The translations under genes were made by a program, and so were the position numbers. Below the pieces are notes generated by a model, which worked only from the letters and a program-made list of their open reading frames with translations, was not told where the DNA came from and did no database searches. A DNA stretch of 61,887 nt, the filler included, from Kipferlia bialata (Eukaryota), in the NCBI GenBank assembly GCA_003568945.1. It is 3 parts of 3 records of this genome, joined end to end, with 100 filler letters (N's around TTAATTAATTAA, not from the genome) between each part and the next. Parts side by side here need not be neighbours in the genome. Positions count along the whole stretch, not along the records: positions 52,507 to 61,887 come from BDIP01000116.1; 2 more parts are not named here. One strand, written 5' to 3'. Position 1 is the stretch's first letter. Every line of letters begins with the position of its first letter. Shown here in pieces: positions 52,788 through 61,887 of this stretch.

Positions 52788-55700
52788 GCAGTGGCAAGAC
52801 TGACGTATCCATCTGTGCTGTACTCACTGCCCTGTCCCACAAGAGACAGGGTCTAGACACAGATGGGGATACATCCCCCCTCATATCAAAGGCACCCCTC
52901 AGGAACACATCCCCCTCTGCCTCCCAGGATATAGAGCCCGACTGGCTGCTGTCCTCAATGGCCAGTGCCCACAGAAGGTATGGGGTGTGGTGTGGGGTAA
53001 TGTAATGTACCTGCTCTATGTCTCACCCATCATGTATCTTACCCCCCAGCAACGTGTCAGATGTATGTGCTAGAGACGCAGAGCGCAGGCAGCGCTGGGT
53101 CGAGATTGCAGAGGGTCTACATGCACAGGGCATGCTATCAGGGCCAGCCTCCAAGAGGAAGCCTAGTGCTAGTGGAGTGGACCTTGAGGATCTGCTGGAC
53201 TGTGATCTAAGTGAGGGGGAGGTCATCATGCTAGGAGGGGTGGGGGGGGAGCTGTCTCTCAACCCAACCGGTGCCATCAGGTTAGACACACGTGCATCCC
53301 GTTGAGGAGGCTGTCTATTGCTCTTGTATTCTTATCTCTCTCTCTCTCGCTCCGTCTCTCTCTCTCTCTTCCCCCAGGGAGGACATGGAGGAGAGAGCAG
53401 AAGCCCTTGGCAGAGTCGTCTATGCATCTAGGACCCACTCACAGGTGAGAGATGATGATACATTTTATGCCAACTACCACCCTATACCCTACCCCATAGG
53501 TGACCCAGTGGATTCTGTCTCTGCGCAAGATACTGAGCAGGGGGGCATGGTACAGACCACCCCCGGTGAGTGACTGTGGGTCCCCCCCACCAGCCTCTGT
53601 CCCATTCTCCCCCTCCCTCGTGCCCCTAGCCAGTAGACGGGTGCTCTGCTGCTTTGATGCAGCTCGATCCCTGGCAACATCTCCCCACATGCTGGACGAT
53701 GTGTGCAAGAGGGTACGGTGCCTCTATCTGATCACTCAACCTACTAGCCTATACACTCGAATATGCTCCCTCACCCATAGGTTAGACAGCGCGGGCAGTG
53801 TCCCTATGCGGATGCTGGTAACAGGCAGCGGCTGAGTGCATGGATACTGATGTCCAAGGTGCCCCTGACCCATGACGACATTGTCAAGAAGGTGGGAGGG
53901 GGCATGGGTCAGTGTGTATGCATATACCTATTACTCAATGCTCAACCCAATGACTACATAGCTCCCCTTACCCCCAGGGCCAGGAGCTGTGTGCGTGTCC
54001 CTTCCTGTCGACCCGTGCCTGTATACCCTGGGCAGACATTGTCACCATGCCCCATGCCTCTCTACTGGCAGAGAGGGGTAGTGCCTCCAGTGCTACTAGC
54101 AGTGGGAGTACCAGCACAGTATGCACCGGGGGCAGTGCCCTACTGGTGGACGAGGCCCATGGGCTGATGGGTATGCTGGAGAGCATGGCTGCACCTGGGG
54201 TCAGCAGGGAGGGCCTGGGCAGGATATCGTCTGCTGTGGGTGGGTATCTGACTAGGAGGGGCAGGAGTATCCACCACTCCACAGCTATGACAGCGAGGCA
54301 CATCATCAGGTGGGATTGGAGATGTAATACTCTTATGATATATCACTATTCCTCTCTCACTCTCCCTCACCCCTCAGGCTCTGTGACTCTCTGTCCTCCC
54401 TGCCTGTCTGTGGCGTCACCCCCCTCGACACTCTCCTACATACTGAGGTATGCAGCGTGGATCTGTCCATGGTCAAGAATGGGCTGGGGAGTATGAGGTT
54501 CATGAACATACTCAGGGGGTCTGCACAGGGGGAGGAGGAGGGGAGAGAGAGACAGACAGGACGCAGAGGACAGAGTGGTGGCAGTACCCCCACCCAGTCC
54601 CTCGTCAACATGTCACGATCCGTGTTGGTGATAGCAGACATGCTGCAGCAGATGAGCACCAGTGCATTCTACCATGTCACACAGGAGACAGTCAGCGTAT
54701 TCACCCTAAAGCCAGGTGAGTATGAGTGGTGTGCATGTGGTTGATGTTTATTACTCCTGACCCCCTAGGCACCGTCTTTAGGGACATTGTGTCCAGGTAC
54801 AGGAGTACAATGCTGATGGGGGGTACACTTAGCCCCATTCCGGCATTCACGCAGGCGGTACTGGGGGAGAGAGAGGGAGCGGAGGCCGCCACCCAGTCAG
54901 GCCAAGGTCCGGTCCTTGTGGGTCTACCACTGACCTCCCACAGCTACTCCTCGCCCATTGACAACAGCAGGCGCCCCATCCATATTGTGGCAGGTAGGGC
55001 TACCTGTGTGGTGCACCATCCTTGGTCTATATACCACTCCATTCTCTCAGCACCAACAAGCAGGAGACTCCCCCTCCAGCCCCCTGATGGTGACCCACAA
55101 GACCAGGGGCCCAGCCCTGACCCTCCGCATAGGCACCCTGCTGTGCACCTTGATACGTGCAGTTGATGCAGTCTCTCCCAATACTAACACTAATACTAAG
55201 GGCACTGTGGCTGTGTTTGTGCCCTCCTACGCTGACGCCAATGCCCTCCACACCCACATCATGCACCATGTGGGTGTGCCTGCTGTCACGTCATCTGTCT
55301 ACCTAGAGGCCCCTGGGCTCAGCCTGCCCCAGGTCAGACCCAGGCTCATTATAGGTGTGTCTCGTGTGTATCTGTGTCGTTGACACGCACAATTCACTGT
55401 GTGTGTAGTACATCCCCCTCACCCCCTAGGTGTCATGGGTGGCAAGCTGAGTGAGGGAGTTGACCTCAGAGATGAGTGGTGCAGACTGTGTGTGGTGGTG
55501 GGGGTCCCATTCCCAGCACTCGGAGACCCAAGGTATGGGTGTTTGTAGTTGGGGTATGAGTATATGTGGGTAATCCCCTAATTCATCCTCTGTCTATGTA
55601 TCTGTCTGTGTCACTCATCGCGTAGGGTTCGTGCCCGTGCCGAGGGTGAGGGGGGCAAGGAATGGTATCTGGGGCAGGCCCTCCGGTCAGTCAGGCAGAC

Positions 55701-56012
55701 AGTGGGTGAGTCAGTGTTCTCTAGTACTTGTACCTCTATCCATACGTATATATATATGCACAAGCTCTCACCCCAGGCCGTGCTGTCCGACACACCGGGG
55801 ACTGGGGCATGTGTCTGTTGGTCGATGAGAGGTGAGACGCCAGACCCGTGTCCTCTTTCAGTATCCAGTGTGTCATTCCCTGTCTCACTCCCAGATACAC
55901 GTCTGACCGACTCAAGGTGGTTGATGGCCCCCCTTCCACTGTATACAGAGACACCTCAACCACAGTCTCTGGGGTGCAGCAGTTCATGAGACTACACAGG
56001 GCACAGGGCTAG
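52788..56012 (+). CDS. DDX11: DDX11/Chl1-like Fe-S DNA helicase (XPD family), 5' partial
   Basis: GSGKT, YASRTHSQ, LASRRVLC, CPY and CPF Fe-S cysteines, VDEAH, MGGTLSP, FVPSY, GGKLSEGVD, VVGVPFP, QTVG/AVRH, LVDERY. TAG at 56010-56012. Confidence 0.85.
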
Positions 56013-56221
56013 GTGTATATATATACCACATGGCCACAGGGACAGACACTCAGCACTGGGATTGGAGGGGCAGACTGCAGTTCGCAGCTGATCCAGTGAC
56101 ACTCTGTGTCTCTGGAACGGCGAGTCTCCACGAGCCTCTTTGGCACTCTTTCACTAAGGTGTCAATTGGATGCAGAGGCTATGAATACCTGGCAACATCC
56201 TCATTGGCAGACCATGGCTCT

Positions 56222-56600
56222 ACTACATGCTACTTCGTGCTAGAGCATGCAAGTACGATGCATTCGAGTCCAGTCACTCTAGTCAGCACTTGATAAGCCA
56301 CTTGCAGTCGTGACTGTGGGCAGCTTCCCTCGTCAGGCAGGTGGACCAGCACATGCACAGTCTTGGGTTCCCTCTTGATGGATGTGAGTGGGGCCCACAG
56401 GTATCACTGATACCCATTATTGTGTCTGGTGTGTGTACATATGCAACGGAAGCAGGAGGCGGTCCTTCATACAAGTGATAGTATCACTGTGATACTCGAT
56501 TTATGAGGCATTTTAGTGCTGCAAGCACCGATGTTCACTCATATTGACAACATGATGAAGTGATTGCCACATCAAGTGGGAGACGATGTGGAATAGAGAG
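56222..56600 (-). pseudogene. Possible decayed Crinkler-type N-terminal header domain
   Basis: HVVNIE*TSVLAALKCLI..HLYEG..ISD/YLW..KTVHVLVHLP, with two TGA stops and one frameshift. Confidence 0.3.
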
Positions 56601-57123
56601 AGACTTCAATGATCACCTGAGGTGAATTTCACCTCCATATGACACTCATTAATTTATAGGGGTCTCTATAGGACACACATTGGTTGGAAAAACAATCAAT
56701 GTACCTCGCAATTCACATAACACGGAATACTAGAACCCACACCACCATCTGTGTATAGTTCAAGGATACGCGATAACCATCAGGAAGTTCAAGACAAAGG
56801 GCGTAAATGGGGTCATCACCATAGTACGTGTGAGTGCTACTGACTCCCAATCCCGTAGCTGTCCAAGTGTGGATAACCATCGCAGCCTCGAACACCCCTC
56901 TCTCTGATCACTTCTGTAGTTGCCTCGTAGACTACGAGTCGTAGTATATGAGTCTGAAGGCTGGAGTGCCGCAGCATTAGCATCATGCACTGAACATACG
57001 AAATCCCATGATATGCACTGCAACAGCACGGTCCTTGTCACAACTAATGACCACACTTATGGTGTGACGTTTGTGTGGATAGGTCAGAATCAGTGTGACA
57101 CTCTCTTCACTCTCTGCCTCACC

Positions 57124-57523
57124 ATGTGTCCCATGGGCATCCACCTCTGGATAGACACCGATGCCGGTGTGGATGACTGTCTGGCACTGATTGCGGCACT
57201 GACCAACCCCTCAGTCACAGTGCATGGCATATCCTGCACATACGGCAACATATCGAGAGATGCTGTGGTCACCAATGTGCGGAGGACGGTCAGGGCATGC
57301 CAGGGTGTGAGACCAGGGCTAGATGCCCCACCGATATACCTAGGGGAGAGTAGGGGCCTCTCTGACTTCAATGCACAGCACTTGAAGAAGGTAGGCTTGT
57401 GACTATTACATACTCTGCCACACAAGTATATCCCCCTTATCCTCTAGGGCCTGACCCCCTGGTCGACTGGGTCAGCAGACCATGACTGCTGGCACGGCAC
57501 AGACGGACTTGGAGGAGTCCCAG

Positions 57524-57567
<44 letters not shown>

Positions 57568-58774
57568 ACTACTTCTACAATCCAACACTACATTGACCAC
57601 CTGGGTTCAATCATTGTCTTTCTCTCTCTCTCTCTAAATATATATATTTATCCCCCCCCCCCCTCTCTGAAACAATCCACTTCTCTCTTTTCTCGTTACT
57701 CTTTGTGACCCGTCTATTATACAACACTATAGTACTATATAGCACTATTCATACCCATAGGCATTGAGGAGACACTGGCCGTCGCATGTGGCCTATCTCT
57801 GCCCCCTCTCCCTGCATACGTCGAGGACACCTCTGTCTGGTATGTGACTGTGTTACAGAGTGTGTATCATGATACTGTACCCCTTACTGTACCACCAACT
57901 CGATATTAGTGTGCCCCCTATCCTGACATACAGTTACGATGCCCTCCATACTGCCGCCACTGCTGTGAGAGAGATGGGAGAAACCCTTAGAGTTGTTGCC
58001 ATAGGCCCTCTCACTGATATGCACCATGCAGCCCTGAGACACCCAGACCTGCCAGGGCTCATACACCTGTGAGTGGGTAGTAGTGGTATATATACCTGCT
58101 GTGTTCTGTTCACGCTCTCTCACCCCCCAGGTATGTCATGGGCTGTTCCTTCCCAGAGCTGCACCCCTACTGCACTAAACCCATCCTGAGGGGCAACATG
58201 GTCAGCTTCAACATGCCACACACAGAGCACAACACAGGTATTATGCAACATATACCATTCTCATTGTCCATATGGGTACCACCCTCTGCCTCACCCAGCC
58301 TGTGACCCCGAGGCCTCTGCCTCCTCTCTCTCCCTCTACCCCTGCACCGTGGTGGACTGGGCCCTAACAGCACTGAACCCCCTGACTATGGGGGGGTACG
58401 ATGCTCTACACGGCCACTACCCATACACCCCAGGCACCGCATCTAAGGGTGTGCCCTTCCTGACCCAGTTCCACAGACACGTGTCAGAGCACCTGAGGGG
58501 CAAGTGTGAGCCATACGGTGAGTTCCAGATATGCGACCCCCTCGCTGTGCTAGTAGCCATGGACGGGACACTGGTGGAGGGGAGTGTGAGGGGAGAGTGT
58601 ACAGTGAACACCAGTCATGAGGGTGTGACCCTTCCTGTACCCAAGGGTGTGGAGATGATGTATGGCAGGAGTGTGCTACAGGTAGACACACAGGGTTCTT
58701 GTGAGGTGGTCACAAAGGTGGATTATGATACGTGTGTGCAGACACTGAAGAGTGCTCTGGAATACAGAGAATAG
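57124..58774 (+). CDS. Inosine-uridine-preferring nucleoside hydrolase family protein
   Basis: IDTDAGVDD, TYGN, HGTDGLG, AIGPLTD, VMG, N..CDPEA and CDPLAV. Six exons. Confidence 0.92.
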
Positions 58775-58940
58775 AGACAGGGAGTAGAAACACACTACTC
58801 CACCCATGGATACTAATGTCTGGCATTTATACGTTACACTTCACTGTGACCAGTGGTAGACACAGGCAGTCGAGGGTATATCAGGCTCTGAACAGCCTGC
58901 TACTAATGTGCTTCTACCCATGTCCCATTGTACTGACACT

Positions 58941-61226
58941 CTACACACTGGGCTTGGCCCTCTTGGTGCCCAGGGTATCCAGGACCTCGGAGGCTGGGGC
59001 CTGGGGTGAGACAACACATACAGAGGCAACGGTGTAGATAGAAAGTGATATCATCATAGCTCTATATCCATACAACCCCCACCTCTGGCTCGTCGTCTGT
59101 GGATATGTCTGGGACCTCCATGTCTCCCTCACTGATGTCCATGTCCACATCGGCACGGGTCAGGACGGGCTTGGCCTGGGGGTGGGAAGGGGGGGGGGGA
59201 GGGAGAGAGAGAGAGAGAGAGAGAGCAGCGATGAGGGTTTGTGAAGTGAAGTGAAGCCCTACCTTCTTTGTCCTCTTTCTGGGTGCCTTAGCCTTCTTCT
59301 CCTTCTTAGGCTTGCCATCCTCCTCGGGACTCTGGGGGGTTAGGGTATACAGACACATGAGCCATGGTGACTGTACATATATACATCCACCCATGTGAAC
59401 ACACCTCGTCCTCGACGTCTGACACGTCCATGCCCTGTGCACCGTCCTCAGAGGCACCGTCCTCGTCATCGTCATCCTAGGGGTGAGGGAGAGAGGGGAA
59501 GAGAGAGAGTACAGGCAGGGTGTGCGTCAGATATGAACATGCACTGTACACCACCACGACCACACCCACCTCGTCTGTCTCGTGCTCTGCCTCCTGGATG
59601 TCGAAGTCGTCATCCTCCTCGTCAGACTCATAGCTGAGGGTGAGAGGGGGGTGGGGGAGAGAGAGAGAGAGAGAGAGAGAGGACAGGCCCTACCCCTGGA
59701 GGTGGTCGAGTGTCTGCTTGACAGTGCTCTGCTGCTGGGGGGCCTGGGCCTCGGTCACAGTCACGCCCTTGCGCTTCAGCTCCTAGGGGGTGAGTGAGGG
59801 GTATATAGAAACATATGTGCCCATGTATGTATATGCGGTCTTTGATACCTGGATGAGTCCGTCCCTCTCGGACAGGTCGATGTTGTGGAACACGTGTCTG
59901 AGTCTGGAGTGAGAGAGTGTGTGTGTCTGATATATCCATGCCACAAGTAACCCCCCCCAATACCTGTCTGTCCTCATGGAGACTGTGAGCTGCACCGTCC
60001 TGCCACTCCTGGTCTGGAACTCGGCACGGGCCATGGACCTGGGGTCAGGTCAAGGGAATGGGAGAGAGAGAGAGAGAGAGGGAGAGAGGGAGAGAGAGTC
60101 CACGCTGTCCGCACCTGTACTCGAGGTAGAGTGTAGGGTGGTAGAGGAAGAGCAGCGCCCTGGGCATAGGGAACAGCATGCCCTCCTCGTTGCCCAGCAT
60201 GCACTTGACAGACTGCATGCCAGAGGCTGACTCAAAGGCACCCTCCTTGCCGAGCATGTGCTCTGGCACCACTGGCCTGTGCGACGTGAAGGTCTTCATG
60301 ACCCGGGCAAACACCTCCCAGGCCTCGCCCTCGAGCTCTGTCCTGCCGAACCTGGTCTCTCTCTCCTCCTCGGGCATGTTGAGGTCAAGCTCAATGGTGT
60401 CCTGGGGGTGGGTATGTGCAGAGAGGTATATGTGTATATATATGAACATATATTGAGGGAGAGGAAGGGACATATACACATGGAGAGAGAGGTGTACCTT
60501 GGTCAGCTCCAGCAGGAGGTGGTCGTAGCGGGTCTTGCCGAGAGCCACGGAGGATGTGAGGCCGATGTCCATGACATACCTGGGGGGTAGAGAGAGGTCA
60601 CATACATACATGTATGTATGGACACAACCATACACGTGCATATGCACACACACACCTGTCCTGGTTAGGGTGCTCCACCAGACACACCCTAGATACGGCA
60701 CCATAGCGGACACGGAACTGCACACTCTTGCCTAAAGGGTGAGGATACGGAGAGGTGTAGTGGTAGCATTGGAACTCCCCTACCCCAGGGCAGAGATAGT
60801 GGAGACAGGCATACCTCTGAACACGATGAAGTCCTTGTGGAACTCAATATCGTAGTTGGCCCTGGGTCTCTTGAGCTTGATCTCCTGGGGGTGAGGGGGG
60901 GGGGTATTCATACGTGTATATACGGATAGATATGGGTGATGGGTGGTCAAGTGGATGCATACATGGTCAGAGTACATAGAGGGCGTTGGAGACACAACAT
61001 GACCCTACCTTAAACTCACAGTAGGCCCTGTCCTCGGCGTTGAGCTGTGCACGCTCCATGAGGTTCTCATGGAGGTCGTTGATCTGCTCAGGGGGGGCGC
61101 CAAACCTAGGTATCAGACTGGGAAGTGTGATAGATACACGTATACACACACCTGATACACCGGAGGGCAATGTCTCCCTTCTTGACTCCCTCAAGAGACA
61201 CATCGAGGGTGAGCTCCTTCCTATCC
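58941..61226 (-). CDS. SSRP1: FACT complex subunit SSRP1/Pob3, 5' partial, no HMG box
   Basis: RPRANYDIEF, LGKTRYDHLLL, LDLNMPEEE, EVFARVMK, VKCMLGNEEGMLFP, HVFHNIDLSE, then an acidic tail and a K-rich NLS-like stretch. About 13 exons. Confidence 0.88.
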
Positions 61227-61237
61227 CTGGGGTGAGT

Positions 61238-61284
<47 letters not shown>

Positions 61285-61887
61285 GATAATCCTGATACGA
61301 CGATGAATATCCATTTCCCCTCAGTTACATTTAGTACAATGCTCCCTACGACAATATAGATAATACATAGAATGACAATAGCCTAGTCTCATTCTCAATT
61401 TCACTCTCACCTGAACTCTTGAACCTCCATTCCATCGTGGGTCATGCACATGCCTCCTGAGAGCAGAATCAGCACCACAAGGGCACCTGGCATCAGCTAT
61501 AATAACATAACTTGGCGCAATCATATATATAAAGACAACCTGAGCATTAAACAATCACGATGAATGTGGTCTTACAGAACCCACACACGAAATACTTCCA
61601 GAGAGGACAGGATGAACTGAAACAGAACTTAACCATACATGCCTAGCATCTTGTTTCTGGGCCAATACAATATAGAACTGCTTCCCGTTGGGTCCTGCCA
61701 CAGGAAAACCGATCACTCGACCAGCCTCGATTCGTCCATTGATGACAACCCTTGAGACAAAAACGAACATATCCTGTTTTTGTTGATACCTGAATGTAAG
61801 GGTACATGTGTCTGATCAGCCACATTGTCTCTTGAAGGACACCATCCTGTACTTCAGACAATGCAAGAAATGTCATGGAGTGTGTGT

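Noticed and set aside
53566..53629. Apparent GTGAG..CCCCTAG intron in DDX11
   Set aside because: The frame is open through it, and it supplies the LVPL residues before the conserved ASRR.LC motif.

Overview
Intron-rich eukaryotic DNA, not prokaryotic. The style suggests a fornicate metamonad such as Kipferlia, but that is inference. The window joins at least three contigs through artificial N44-TTAATTAATTAA-N44 linkers (20597-20696, 52407-52506) and has two further N gaps. Splicing by hand on GT..YAG boundaries gives about 20 genes: a long coiled-coil protein, the N-half of CFAP52/WDR16, an AIG1/FAR-17a-like membrane protein, an Ig-like surface protein, LRRC61-like, SmD1, eIF4B-like, an AKTIP-like E2 fold, a 7TM protein, a membrane-anchored PDEase with degenerate metal ligands, the C-half of an acid-sphingomyelinase-like enzyme, two tandem CUB-like receptors, DDX11/Chl1, a nucleoside hydrolase, SSRP1/Pob3 and several hypotheticals. 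The main unexplained structure is pervasive 'exon echoes'. These are 25-55 bp copies of exon starts (with the 3' splice site) stacked upstream of real exons, and copies of exon ends (with the 5' splice site) stacked downstream. The best-preserved echoes differ from their exon almost only at synonymous positions. All coordinates and exon models are manual and need RNA-seq confirmation.
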